The notes below the pieces were generated by a model. The model did no database searches. It worked only from the letters and a program-made list of their open reading frames with translations, and was not told the DNA's origin. Positions 48,815 through 59,216 of a stretch of 64,000 nucleotides of DNA are shown here, one piece after another. Each line of letters begins with the position of its first letter. The first letter of the stretch is position 1. The DNA lies in sequence record OP617745.1. One strand, written 5' to 3'. A program made the translations under genes and the position numbers.

Positions 48815-49435
48815 ATGAGTATGCTACGTGAATGGTCTTCATTCGAGGATTCTAAAGTACTAACTGAATACAGAGATAATGGTGTAGGTGGTAAAGATTG
48901 TTATCTGCGTGGAATTGCTATTCAGGCAGATAAAAGAAATCACAACGAACGTGTATATCCACTGAACGAAATTACTAAAGCAGTCCAAAACATGCAACAG
49001 CGTATTGCCAGTACTGGTGGTATTGCTGTTGAATGTGATCACCCAGAATCATTGAACATTAATATGGATCGTGTTGCTGGTATGATTACTAAAGTGTGGA
49101 TGGAAGGTTCTAATGGTATGGCTGAAATTAAACTATTCAATACTGATCATGGAAAAAATATTCGTGCGATGATTGAAGGTGGTCTTCGTCCTGGTGTTAG
49201 TTCACGTGGCTCTGGTAATGTTGATTATAATGGTGTTGTTAGTGATTTCGAAATTGTTACTATTGATATTGTAGCTCAACCTAGTGCTCCTGATGCTTAT
49301 CCAATGGCAGTATTTGAGTCTCTTAATAATAAGTATGGATATGGACAAACGCAGAAACCTGTTAATGAATCAAAGTCAGTTTCTAAAAATATGGATTCTG
49401 AAATCTATGATTTTTTCAAGAAATTAAAAGGTTAA
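48815..49435 (+). CDS. Prohead protease (T4 gp21-like)
   Basis: NHNERVYP, ECDHP, GVSSRGSG, DIVAQPSAPDAYP. Confidence 0.92.
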   Translation: MSMLREWSSFEDSKVLTEYRDNGVGGKDCYLRGIAIQADKRNHNERVYPLNEITKAVQNMQQRIASTGGIAVECDHPESLNINMDRVAGMITKVWMEGSNGMAEIKLFNTDHGKNIRAMIEGGLRPGVSSRGSGNVDYNGVVSDFEIVTIDIVAQPSAPDAYPMAVFESLNNKYGYGQTQKPVNESKSVSKNMDSEIYDFFKKLKG

Positions 49436-49448
49436 TATTTTTATAAAC

Positions 49449-49455
49449 ATAAATA
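49449..49455 (+). promoter_or_regulatory. Putative late promoter ATAAATA
   Basis: About 25 nt upstream of the scaffold gene. Confidence 0.55.
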
Positions 49456-49479
49456 TTTGTATATTAAAGGAGATGTAAA

Positions 49480-50592
49480 ATGACTAAATTGGAAAAGCTT
49501 CTAAAAGAATCATCCCTTTCTGATGAAGCAAAACAACTCATCCAGGAAGCATGGAATGAAGAAAAAAATAATCTAGCCGCAGAAATGCGTCAGGAAATGA
49601 AAGAACGTTATAAACAAGATCTTGCTGAACTAACTGAAGGTCTTGACCAGATGATGAGTACTGTTATCGCCGAAGAAATGAATGCGGTATATGATGAAAA
49701 ACGCAAACTTGTTGAAGATCGCGTAACTCTTCGTAAAACTCTGAGTAATTTCTCTGGTTTTGCTAATTCAGTACTAGCTGAAGAAGTGAAACAAATGCGT
49801 AATGAACGTAAACTTATTAAAGAAAGTATGAATAAATTCGTCAATTTCTCTAATAACATTCTTGCAGAAGAACTTAAAGAATTCCACGTTGAAAAACGTC
49901 AACTGGTAGAAAGTCGTGTTAAATTGCTTGCTGAAGGTTCTAAAAAAATCAATGAAGCTCGTGATAATTTTATTAAACGTACTTCCGAAAGTGCTGCAAA
50001 ATATATTACGGAAACTACACAGAAACATCTTAGTGCACTAAAACAGGATATCGCTGAAGCTAAGCAAAATACTTTCGGGCGTAAACTATATGAAGCATTT
50101 TCTAATGAATTTTATTCACAACAATTCAATGAAAATGTCCTACTACGTTCACTGAATGAATCTCTGAAAACTAAAGAAGATGAAATTGTTCAAGTTAAAC
50201 AAGCTCTTTCAGAAAGTACTAAAGCAGTTAAAGAAGTTCAACATAAACTTCGTGTTATGGAAGATACTCAAGCACGAAATGCAATTATCTCTGAACTAAC
50301 TAAACCACTTAATGTACAACAAAAGCAAATTATGGAATCACTTCTGGCTACTTCTCCAACTGAAAAGCTAAAAGACGATTTCAATAAGTACCACAAGTCA
50401 GTACTAAATGGTACTAAAGTAACAGAATCTGTAAAAGACGTTCAACCTAAAAAGAAAACTCTTTCAGAAGGTTCAGTTGTTACCGGCAATCGCCAACAAG
50501 CAAAAGTTATCGTTGAAAATTCAGAAATTGATGAAGACGATATGAAGTACCTCGAAGAACTATCTATTCTAAGTGGTATTATTAAAAAGTAA
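49480..50592 (+). CDS. Prohead scaffolding protein (T4 gp22-like)
   Basis: Coiled-coil, rich in (L/I)xE cleavage-like sites; between protease and capsid genes. Confidence 0.8.
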   Translation: MTKLEKLLKESSLSDEAKQLIQEAWNEEKNNLAAEMRQEMKERYKQDLAELTEGLDQMMSTVIAEEMNAVYDEKRKLVEDRVTLRKTLSNFSGFANSVLAEEVKQMRNERKLIKESMNKFVNFSNNILAEELKEFHVEKRQLVESRVKLLAEGSKKINEARDNFIKRTSESAAKYITETTQKHLSALKQDIAEAKQNTFGRKLYEAFSNEFYSQQFNENVLLRSLNESLKTKEDEIVQVKQALSESTKAVKEVQHKLRVMEDTQARNAIISELTKPLNVQQKQIMESLLATSPTEKLKDDFNKYHKSVLNGTKVTESVKDVQPKKKTLSEGSVVTGNRQQAKVIVENSEIDEDDMKYLEELSILSGIIKK

Positions 50593-50631
50593 TATTTTTA
50601 ACGCATATTTTAACCACCTTTTTCAGTACTG

Positions 50632-50638
50632 ATAAATA
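50632..50638 (+). promoter_or_regulatory. Putative late promoter ATAAATA
   Basis: About 50 nt upstream of the capsid gene. Confidence 0.6.
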
Positions 50639-50687
50639 ACTTTATATTGAAAAAGATTTTAATAAAATTATCTAAAGGAGACTTTAA

Positions 50688-51869
50688 ATGTCTAATAAAC
50701 TACTAACTGAATCTCAATGGGCCGCGACCAAAGAACGTATTACCGAAGGTCTAAAAGGCAGTCGTAAACGTGTGATGGATATTACTATGGATAACTATCG
50801 TCGTGAGCGTGCACTATTTGAATCTGCTACTGCTGGTGCAACCACTGCTGGTAACATTGCTTCTGTTAACAAAGTAATTCTACCAATCATGCGTCGTGTA
50901 ATGCCAACCGTTATCGCTAACGAAATTATTGGTGTACAACCAATGACTGGTCCATACTGCCAGATTCATACTCTACGTGTTCAATATGCAACCAATGCTC
51001 CAGGCGTTGCTGCTGGTGAAGAAGCTCTATCTCCATTCAAAATCGCCAAATCTTATACTGGTGAACTGAATTCTGATAACACTAGCCCACAAGCCGCTCC
51101 TACTTCTCAACTAGAAGGTACTATGGGTCGTCAGGTAAACATCAACATTCTACGTGAAATCGTTGAAGCCAAATCCCGTCGTCTCTCTGCTCGTTGGACT
51201 GTTGAATCTATGCAAGATGCACAATCTCAACACGGTGTTGATATTGAAGCTGAACTGGTTAACGCAATTGCTCAAGAAATTACTGTAGAAATCGACCAAG
51301 AACTACTTTCTCGTCTACGTGCACTACCTGGTGCTCCAGCAGTGACCTATGACCAAACCAAAGTAACTGGTGTTGCTACTTTTATTGCTGATGAACACGC
51401 TTCTCTGGCAATTCTAATCAACCGTCAGGCAAACGAAATTGCTCGTCGTACCAAACGTGGTGCAGCTAACTGGGCTGTTGTTTCTCCAGAAGCACTATCT
51501 ATTATTCAGTCTGCAACTACTTCTAGTTTTGCACGCAGTACTGAAGGTACTTTCGAAGCACCAACCAACGTTAAATTTGCTGGTACTCTAAATGGTACTA
51601 TGCGTATCTACGTTGATACCTATGCTTCTGATCTGGAAGATATCCTGATTGGTTATAAAGGTGCTAACGAAACTGACGCTGGTGCATTCTATTGCCCATA
51701 CGTTCCACTGATGGCTACCGGTACTGTAATGGATCCAAATACCTCCGAGCTAGTGACTTCCTTCCTGACTCGTTACGGTTATCTGGAATTCGTGGATTCA
51801 TCCTCTTCCTTTGCAAACTCAGCCGATTACTTCAGCAAAATTGCTGTTCGTAACGTTACTTTCATGTAA
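50688..51869 (+). CDS. Major capsid protein (T4 gp23-like)
   Basis: RRVMPTVIANEIIGVQPMTGP, VEAKSRRLSARWT, AFYCPYVPL, TRYG; strong codon bias. Confidence 0.95.
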   Translation: MSNKLLTESQWAATKERITEGLKGSRKRVMDITMDNYRRERALFESATAGATTAGNIASVNKVILPIMRRVMPTVIANEIIGVQPMTGPYCQIHTLRVQYATNAPGVAAGEEALSPFKIAKSYTGELNSDNTSPQAAPTSQLEGTMGRQVNINILREIVEAKSRRLSARWTVESMQDAQSQHGVDIEAELVNAIAQEITVEIDQELLSRLRALPGAPAVTYDQTKVTGVATFIADEHASLAILINRQANEIARRTKRGAANWAVVSPEALSIIQSATTSSFARSTEGTFEAPTNVKFAGTLNGTMRIYVDTYASDLEDILIGYKGANETDAGAFYCPYVPLMATGTVMDPNTSELVTSFLTRYGYLEFVDSSSSFANSADYFSKIAVRNVTFM

Positions 51870-51912
51870 TAAAATAAAAAAACTAAAAATAATATAAAAT
51901 ATTGTATTTTTT

Positions 51913-51942
51913 ATGGGACTTCACTTTGAAGTCCCATTTTTT
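51913..51942 (+). terminator. Intrinsic terminator after the capsid gene
   Basis: ATGGGACTTCA-ctt-TGAAGTCCCAT then T tract. Confidence 0.85.
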
Positions 51943-51953
51943 ATAGCATTAAT

Positions 51954-53210
51954 TTGTTGAACAAAGTAACAAGGATGTTTTATATGATGACATTTGATGA
52001 AGTGCATGAACAATTTATTAAAATTGGTAATAAGAGAGAACCATCTTATTTTAAAAAAATAATTTTAAAAGAAATTGAAATGTATAATTTAAATTATGAA
52101 TTTATTGGGTTTAATATTAATTCTATTATTGAATTTAAAGGAGCAAGAACGAAGTTAGTACTAAAATGTCCAGTACATGGTATTTTTTCTGATTGTACTT
52201 TCAATAATTTTACAAAATCTAATGCACAGGGTCGCCGCTGTCCCGAATGTTCTAAAGAATCTAAATCTTTGAAACAACGTTGTTGTACTGAAGAATTTAT
52301 TGAAAAATGTAAAAGAGTACATAATGATTTTTATGATTACAGTAAGACTATATACGGAAAAAATGCTCATGAACACGTTGTTGTTACCTGTAAATTACCA
52401 AATCATGGAGATTTCAAAATACGTCCTTCATGTCATTATAATAAAGCACAAGGTTGTCCTATATGTGCAAAAGAAAAAAGAAAAATTGATGAACAGGATA
52501 TAATAACCAGATTAAATGAAATACATAATAATCACTTTGGATTTGATAAATTCGTATATAATGGATCGGAAAATAAATCTATAGTAACTTGTTTAGTGCA
52601 TAATAAAAATTATGAAGTTAAAGTTGGGAGTTTACTTTATGATCATGGCTGTGCATTGTGTTCAACAAGAGCAAAACACACAAAAGAATCATTCATATCG
52701 ATGGCAGTACTGAAACATGGTAATGTATATGATTACAGTAAAGTACAATATGTAGATTTATTCACTAAAGTTGAAGTTGTTTGTAATAAAGATAATCATG
52801 GTTCATTCTTTATTACTCCAACAAGTCATATACATGGTTTAAAACCAAATGCATGTCCAAAATGTTCAAAATATGGATTTCAACCAAATAAACCTGGATT
52901 CTTTTATATTCAAAAAATAACTAATTCATGTAAAGAAGTTATATCTTATAAGTACGGTATTACATGTGATTTAATAAGACGATTGAATGAGCATAACAGA
53001 AATTCTATATATGTGCATGAATATATTTTTCATGAATACTTTGATAATGGGTATGAAGCAATTGAACTTGAAAAGCTTATAAAAAAATCAATTCCTTCTT
53101 GGTATTTGAATTCTAATGAATTTGGTGATGGTTTCACTGAAACATACGATCCTAAATACCACAAAGATGTTATTAATATAATCAAAAAACAACAAAGGAG
53201 AAATCCATGA
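51954..53210 (+). CDS. Putative homing endonuclease: CPxHG..GCPxC repeats plus GIY-YIG-like domain
   Basis: Four Cys/His repeat units; GFFYIQ...YKYGITCDLIRRL...E..IK...FGDGFTET; likely start is ATG 51984 (AAGGA RBS). Confidence 0.72.
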   Translation: MLNKVTRMFYMMTFDEVHEQFIKIGNKREPSYFKKIILKEIEMYNLNYEFIGFNINSIIEFKGARTKLVLKCPVHGIFSDCTFNNFTKSNAQGRRCPECSKESKSLKQRCCTEEFIEKCKRVHNDFYDYSKTIYGKNAHEHVVVTCKLPNHGDFKIRPSCHYNKAQGCPICAKEKRKIDEQDIITRLNEIHNNHFGFDKFVYNGSENKSIVTCLVHNKNYEVKVGSLLYDHGCALCSTRAKHTKESFISMAVLKHGNVYDYSKVQYVDLFTKVEVVCNKDNHGSFFITPTSHIHGLKPNACPKCSKYGFQPNKPGFFYIQKITNSCKEVISYKYGITCDLIRRLNEHNRNSIYVHEYIFHEYFDNGYEAIELEKLIKKSIPSWYLNSNEFGDGFTETYDPKYHKDVINIIKKQQRRNP

Positions 53211-53560
53211 AAACTGTAGTAGTATTCAAAACAATTAAAGAAGAATACATAAAAAGCTCAGTATCTAATATGAAAACGTTTGTTCCACAAGGAACACTTG
53301 TTGCATTTGATGAGAATGATTCAATACTGTATTATTCGGATGATAGATTAGAATTCAGTACGGAAAAATTTATAGATATTGCAATGATAGTTGATACTGA
53401 AGAAATGGAATACTCAGAGTACATGAAAAAGTACAAAGATTACCTTATGAAGTTTCATGGTAATGCACCTGTGATTAAATTACATGAATCCAGTGAATTC
53501 TCCCCACATAACCCGTTTCAACGTTTGGTTGATTTGGGTGTGTCCTTCAAACTTTTCTGA
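53207..53560 (+). CDS. Hypothetical protein
   Basis: 117 aa, AAGGAG RBS, overlaps the upstream stop. Confidence 0.65.
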   Translation: MKTVVVFKTIKEEYIKSSVSNMKTFVPQGTLVAFDENDSILYYSDDRLEFSTEKFIDIAMIVDTEEMEYSEYMKKYKDYLMKFHGNAPVIKLHESSEFSPHNPFQRLVDLGVSFKLF

Positions 53561-53619
53561 ACAAAAATTACCCATATGATATAATTTGCGAGAATAAAAT
53601 TAAAAAAAGGAAATTTTAT

Positions 53620-54354
53620 ATGGGTACTTATATACTAAAGCATACTTTGTTTGATAATCAGATAAACAAAGGATATACTTATCTTCCATCTTGTATCATT
53701 GAACTTTATAAAGAAACAGAAAATAATTCATTTCTGAGTATTCGTTATCAGGGAAAATATGATAATAAGGTAAAAATAAAAAATGAACTGATTATTGATG
53801 ATTTAATTAAACAAAACATCATTACACAAGATATTCTATCTGAACTGTTTATTGATAGATTTTTATTGAATGCATCCAAAACATTATCATCTTCAGTCAA
53901 GTCTATACTGAACACCGATAACAGAACTATTTGTATTAACCCGTTTCTGGTTAAAGAGTTTTTGAAATACAAAAAACAATATAACATTGATATTAATAAT
54001 ACGATACTTAATAATGCAATGCTTGAAAATGTTAAGTATGAATTCATGGAAGTGGCAACGTATAACAAATCGCATGTAGGTAAAACTGCAAAACAAATTA
54101 GCAAAACTTCAGAAGAAAAACGATTCACATCTTTGCTTGATGATAATTTTATTGATTATGATGGAATAGAAAAATATCTACCTTTTGTGTTTGATGTATT
54201 CAAATTTTCATTATCTGATAATGAATTTACATCAAACGGTAGATTGAAACATAATGGATATTATTATTCCAATAAAGCCAGAGTTATTAAATTCAGGATT
54301 AATGATGATTCATCCATTGAATATGTCAAATTATCAAATGAAGAAATTAAATAG
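53620..54354 (+). CDS. Hypothetical protein
   Basis: 244 aa, AAGGA RBS. Confidence 0.6.
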   Translation: MGTYILKHTLFDNQINKGYTYLPSCIIELYKETENNSFLSIRYQGKYDNKVKIKNELIIDDLIKQNIITQDILSELFIDRFLLNASKTLSSSVKSILNTDNRTICINPFLVKEFLKYKKQYNIDINNTILNNAMLENVKYEFMEVATYNKSHVGKTAKQISKTSEEKRFTSLLDDNFIDYDGIEKYLPFVFDVFKFSLSDNEFTSNGRLKHNGYYYSNKARVIKFRINDDSSIEYVKLSNEEIK

Positions 54355-54368
54355 ATTAATATCTTATT

Positions 54369-54375
54369 ATAAATA
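54369..54375 (+). promoter_or_regulatory. Putative late promoter ATAAATA
   Basis: About 32 nt upstream of 54407. Confidence 0.6.
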
Positions 54376-54406
54376 ATTAATATACATATCGAAAAGGATT
54401 TTAATA

Positions 54407-56194
54407 ATGAGTATTAGTTTTAATCACCCCCAGAATACTATAACTAGTACTGGAAATTCTGGATCATTAAATCTAGTGGTTCTTGGTGGTTCTCCTACAA
54501 ACCCAAGACCAATACGTTTTAATTCTTCATCCGTTATTATGCCTGTGCAATCACTACCCACAGGTGAAGCTGGTGCTATTGTTTTTGACAAAAGCACAAA
54601 AACCATGAAATATCATGATGGCTCTAACTGGGTTGAATTATTAAGTGCTTCCGATGTTGTAGCACCTCTTAATGTTCAAATCAATAACATTATCAATTCA
54701 ATGGGAACAAAAATTGATACTGTTAATTATTCAAGTGCTGCAATACCGATGGCTAGTATTAGTGGTACTAATTTGAATATAGTATTTCCTAATTCCAATC
54801 CAACTGTTGGAAGCACTGGATTATATACCAGTGCAAAAACTGGCAGTATTATGTACTATAGTTTAGCGTCAGGCCAAACATATGCCAGTATTCGTGAACA
54901 AATGTCAGGAAAAACCAATGGTCAAAGTGGTAGAACCGGTTCTCAAACTTCTCCGTGGTTAACTTCAGATGGATGGTGTCTGGCTGATGGTATGTGGTGG
55001 ACGTGGCAAGGCGAGAATGGTACAGTACTAAAACAAACACCAAACCTGAATCAAAGTGCATATTTTAAGGGTTTATCTTCTGGTGGAATTACAAAAACTG
55101 ATTCACCAATTGGACAAAGTGGTTCTCTTGATACCTATACATTCACAATCCCAGATCATTATCACGGTGTAGGCCAAATGAATGGAAATTCTGGACCTAC
55201 TGGTGACGATGGTTCATTTATATTTGGAAGATCTTGGAATGATGGAAATTCATATAGAGGACTTACTATTACTGGAGATCTCAACCGACGTGAAGAACGT
55301 TCGATTAATGGGAGTGATCCAAATATTGCATTGAGTACAACGAATTCTATTTATTTAAATGCATCTCAACGTACAATTTCACACTCACATAACTTACAGA
55401 ACTTCGACGTAGCACACTTCAATGTTGCAGTACTGTATAATATTGCTGAACCAAGCTTGGCATTATCGGAAAGTGTGGCAAATACAAAATTCGTACTAAA
55501 ATCCGGTGATACTATGACTGGCAACTTGAATGTAGCCAACACTCTTAGAATCGCAGGTAATAGTACCAACATTCAGTTATATTTTACCAACTCTACTTTA
55601 TCTGAAAGAGCAGCAATTTATCACCAAAGTACAACAAATACATTAAGACTGCGTTCAAATGGTGGTTCTGAAGTATATATTAATGGTGATGGTTCTCTGT
55701 ATGTTCCAGGTTCCACAACCGTTACTGGCAATTTTGTATCACAAGGTTCCGCAACTGTTTCTGGTAACATTATATCACAGGGTTCTGCAACAGTTTCTGG
55801 TAACATTACATCACAAGGTTCTGCAACTGTCTCTGGTAACATTACATCACAAGGTAGAAATGTAGTAAGAGCTATTAATGGGATAACTGCTGATGGTAAT
55901 GGAAACTTAAATGTAACGAATTCTAGTGGTACTACTTCCGGCTGGCATAAAGATGAAGGTACCGGTATTATCACACAATGGGGTTACATCCAAAGTACTG
56001 GTAATGATATCCATGTAAACTTTCCACGAACTTTCAGTTCAGCATGTTACTGTGTAACATTGGGTCAAATTTTCAACTCTCATGCTGACCAAGGACGAAC
56101 TGCACGTTTATTAGCACCTGCGTCAGTTTCTGGATTTGATTTTTATATCGGTTCATCAGAAACTGGGTGTTACTGGCAAGCAATCGGTCGATAA
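54407..56194 (+). CDS. Tail fibre-like protein
   Basis: Collar-like GWCLADG..PNL, FVLKSGDTMTGNL, VRAINGITADGNGNL and C-terminal GIITQWG..FPRTFS..C..V..YWQAIG. Confidence 0.75.
   Translation: MSISFNHPQNTITSTGNSGSLNLVVLGGSPTNPRPIRFNSSSVIMPVQSLPTGEAGAIVFDKSTKTMKYHDGSNWVELLSASDVVAPLNVQINNIINSMGTKIDTVNYSSAAIPMASISGTNLNIVFPNSNPTVGSTGLYTSAKTGSIMYYSLASGQTYASIREQMSGKTNGQSGRTGSQTSPWLTSDGWCLADGMWWTWQGENGTVLKQTPNLNQSAYFKGLSSGGITKTDSPIGQSGSLDTYTFTIPDHYHGVGQMNGNSGPTGDDGSFIFGRSWNDGNSYRGLTITGDLNRREERSINGSDPNIALSTTNSIYLNASQRTISHSHNLQNFDVAHFNVAVLYNIAEPSLALSESVANTKFVLKSGDTMTGNLNVANTLRIAGNSTNIQLYFTNSTLSERAAIYHQSTTNTLRLRSNGGSEVYINGDGSLYVPGSTTVTGNFVSQGSATVSGNIISQGSATVSGNITSQGSATVSGNITSQGRNVVRAINGITADGNGNLNVTNSSGTTSGWHKDEGTGIITQWGYIQSTGNDIHVNFPRTFSSACYCVTLGQIFNSHADQGRTARLLAPASVSGFDFYIGSSETGCYWQAIGR
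55739..55855 (+). repeat. 36-bp coding tandem repeat, 3 copies plus a partial (SQGSATVSGNI[I/T])
   Basis: TCACA(A/G)GGTTC(C/T)GCAAC(T/A)GT(T/C)TCTGGTAACATTA(T/C)A repeated. Confidence 0.9.
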
Positions 56195-56231
56195 TTTTTT
56201 TTGAACGAAAATAACATATAACGATATAATT

Positions 56232-56262
56232 AAAGCATCTGACACACAGTCAGGTGCTTTTT
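56232..56262 (+). terminator. Probable terminator after the fibre gene
   Basis: AAAGCATCTGAC-acaca-GTCAGGTGCTTT then TT. Confidence 0.6.
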
Positions 56263-56292
56263 ATATAATAATGACAAAGAAGGAAATTAATT

Positions 56293-56586
56293 ATGGCTAA
56301 ACATGAAGACAAAGTACAAATTGAAGATCTAAATAATGAACAACGCAAACGTCTTAGTGACGGTCTGAACAATGCAGTAGTTCAACTTACTTTTATTGAT
56401 GATACCAAAGCCTCACTGAAAGATTTTATTGATTCACTGGCTGACGAACTCGGTATCGATGCGAGTGATATCAAACAAGCCGCTAATACTATCTATAAAC
56501 AAAACTTCTTCGATAAATCCAGTAAGCATGATAAAATCGAAACTATTCTAAGTATTACTGGTAATCTTCCACAAGCCGACGATTAA
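56293..56586 (+). CDS. Putative dsDNA-binding protein (T4 DsbA-like)
   Basis: 97 aa; LKDFIDSLADELGID..IKQAANTIYKQNF resembles T4 DsbA IKDI..RAKDELGVD..FNRLLALYHK. Confidence 0.55.
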   Translation: MAKHEDKVQIEDLNNEQRKRLSDGLNNAVVQLTFIDDTKASLKDFIDSLADELGIDASDIKQAANTIYKQNFFDKSSKHDKIETILSITGNLPQADD

Positions 56587-56598
56587 TACATTATAAAT

Positions 56599-56626
56599 AA
56601 AAGCCTCCTTTTCTGGAGGCTTTTTC
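56599..56626 (+). terminator. Intrinsic terminator
   Basis: AAAAGCCTCC-ttttct-GGAGGCTTTT. Confidence 0.75.
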
Positions 56627-56661
56627 TATCTGTTAAGTGCAATTAAAAATAAGGAAATTTA

Positions 56662-59190
56662 ATGTATATTGATGCATATATGGAACGAAAACGTAGTGGT
56701 GATGTGTTGCACGTAGTAGAACGAAAAAATGGAAAGCGTATTCTACGAGAATTACAACCACTATATGAGTATTATGTAGAAAATGTTAATGGTAATCACA
56801 AAACCATTTATGGTACTAAAGCAGAAAAACTGGAATTCGATACTGCATCTGAACTAAAACGAAGTATAGAAAAAAATGTAGCAAATGGAATCAGAACATT
56901 TGAAGGTAAATTCAATGTTGTATTCAAAACACTTGCTCAATATTATATGGGTACTGAATCACCAGATTTAAACATTGTATTCTTCGATATAGAAACTGAT
57001 TTTCATAAGAAATTTGGTTATGCATCTCCATCTAATCCCTTTAATCGTGTAACAGCCATTTCATTATATCAGTCATGGACAGGTAAAGATTATGTACTTA
57101 CCCTTGCTCCAGAAGATATGACAACAACAGAAGCACAGGATATTGTCAATAAACTAAATACGGAAACTAATGATCCAAATTCAAGTGTAATTCTTTATAC
57201 TGATGAAAAGGAAATGTTCATGGATTTCTTTAGTCTAATTGATGATAGTGATGTATTATCTGGATGGAATAGTGAATTTTTTGATATTCCTTACATGATT
57301 AACAGAACCAAAATTATCTTCAATGAAGCCATGACTGCTCGTTGGTGTTTATGGAATAAAAAACCAATTGCACGTGAAGCGGATAACTTTGGTAAATTGG
57401 TACAGACATATGATTTGGTTGGTCGAGTTCATCTTGATTATCTTGCTCTTTATAAGAAACACGCCGCTCAGGTAGAGCAATCGTATAAACTTGATTATAT
57501 CGCAGAAAAAATCACAAAAGAAAATAAAGTACAGTACGAAGGATCTCTGGATAAATTATATAGAGAAGATTATATGACTTTCCTTCGATATTCTAAACAG
57601 GATAGTATTCTTCTCAAAAAAATCGATTCTATTCTTGACTATATTAGTCTGCATAACCGACTGGCACATAAAGAATGTGTTCTCATCAAAACTACTATGG
57701 GTTCAGTAGCACTGATTGACACTTCAATTATCAATCTAGCACACAAACGTGGTGAAGTGGTATTTGATAAAAAAGAAGAGGTTGAAATTGATCCAGAACT
57801 TGAGTACTATGATGGATACGATGATGATGAAGACAATAATGATTCAAAACTCAGTGCAAAAGCAGCAGGTGCATGGGTACAAGACCCAATATTAGGATTA
57901 GTTGAATACTTGGGTTGTACTGACTTTAACTCACTTTACCCAACTGTACTTCGAACTCTAGGAATGAGTACTGAATGTATTCTTGGGCAAATTAGACAAG
58001 ATTATACAGAAAAATACTTAGAAGAACGTATATCTGAACAAAAAGCAAAGTCTAAATCAAAATCATTTGAACCGGAGTGGACAGCAGCATGGCATGGTTT
58101 ATTCGCCGCTGTGGAGTTTACGATGGTACATGAAAGAAGTGAAAAACTACTGACTATTGATTTAGAAGATGGCAGTTCTTTCCAGGCAACTGGTTCACAG
58201 TTATATGATATTATATTCAGTCCAGAAAGTACTATTGTACTTAGTGCAAATGGAACACTATTTGATAAATCAAAATATGGTGTTATTCCAGATATCCTAA
58301 CGCAATGGTATTCTGAGCGTAAAGCCCAGCAAAAAATGGTAATTGATTATAAACATATGGCTTCAGATGGTTGGGAAATTCCATCACCTGATATTGTTCA
58401 AAATATGTTTTCACAATTCAGTACTAAATCATACTATAAAACAAACCTTCATGAAGAAGATCCAGTATATCTTCTACGTAAAGCTATAGGTGATAATAAT
58501 CTTGAAGAAATTGCTCGTCTTATTGTAGAAAATAATTTAGTACTAAAAGATGGACGTATTTTTTGTTCAGATGAGGATAAAAAATATTTCAAACAACAAA
58601 GTGCCTTCTGGAAACAAAACCAGCAAATTCGTAAAATTCTTCTAAACAGTCTTTATGGTGCACTATTGAACAAAGGAAGTACTTTCTTTGATAAACGACT
58701 TGGACAATCAGTAACACTAACTGGTCGCTCAATGACAAAACACATGGCAAGTCGCATTAATGAAATTACTACTGGAGTGTATAATCACACTGGTGGTAGT
58801 GTTATATATGGTGATTCTGTAACTGGTGATTCTGTAATTGATGTAATCATTGATGGAAAACCACAGTCTATTCCCGTTGAAGAACTTTATGAAATGTTTA
58901 TTAGTACTGAATATAATGATAAGGGTGATAAAGATTATGTTAAACTTGAATTGTTGGTAAAAACATTTAGTAAATCAGATAATTGTGTTTATTATGATTC
59001 TGCAAAAACTATTATGCGTCATAAAAACAAAAATGATTTATATGAAATAAGTACTGAATACAATAAAATCAAAACTACATCAGACCATAGTATCATTGCT
59101 GAAGTTGATGGTGAAATTGGTGAATATACTCCATTGGAAATTGAAGAATTAATTGAAAATGATTGTGATGTATATATGATAATATCGTAA
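56662..59190 (+). CDS. DNA polymerase B (gp43-like), N-terminal part fused to split-intein N fragment
   Basis: ExoI FFDIETD, ExoII WNSEFFDIPY, region II DFNSLYP, region III KILLNSLYG, then YGD followed by intein start SVTGDS. Confidence 0.93.
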   Translation: MYIDAYMERKRSGDVLHVVERKNGKRILRELQPLYEYYVENVNGNHKTIYGTKAEKLEFDTASELKRSIEKNVANGIRTFEGKFNVVFKTLAQYYMGTESPDLNIVFFDIETDFHKKFGYASPSNPFNRVTAISLYQSWTGKDYVLTLAPEDMTTTEAQDIVNKLNTETNDPNSSVILYTDEKEMFMDFFSLIDDSDVLSGWNSEFFDIPYMINRTKIIFNEAMTARWCLWNKKPIAREADNFGKLVQTYDLVGRVHLDYLALYKKHAAQVEQSYKLDYIAEKITKENKVQYEGSLDKLYREDYMTFLRYSKQDSILLKKIDSILDYISLHNRLAHKECVLIKTTMGSVALIDTSIINLAHKRGEVVFDKKEEVEIDPELEYYDGYDDDEDNNDSKLSAKAAGAWVQDPILGLVEYLGCTDFNSLYPTVLRTLGMSTECILGQIRQDYTEKYLEERISEQKAKSKSKSFEPEWTAAWHGLFAAVEFTMVHERSEKLLTIDLEDGSSFQATGSQLYDIIFSPESTIVLSANGTLFDKSKYGVIPDILTQWYSERKAQQKMVIDYKHMASDGWEIPSPDIVQNMFSQFSTKSYYKTNLHEEDPVYLLRKAIGDNNLEEIARLIVENNLVLKDGRIFCSDEDKKYFKQQSAFWKQNQQIRKILLNSLYGALLNKGSTFFDKRLGQSVTLTGRSMTKHMASRINEITTGVYNHTGGSVIYGDSVTGDSVIDVIIDGKPQSIPVEELYEMFISTEYNDKGDKDYVKLELLVKTFSKSDNCVYYDSAKTIMRHKNKNDLYEISTEYNKIKTTSDHSIIAEVDGEIGEYTPLEIEELIENDCDVYMIIS
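58816..59190 (+). mobile_element. Split intein N fragment (124 aa)
   Basis: Block A SVTGDSVI directly after YGD; block B TTSDHS (TxxH); acidic tail, then stop. Confidence 0.88.
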
Positions 59191-59216
59191 AAATGTGATA
59201 TGGTGATGGATTAACA

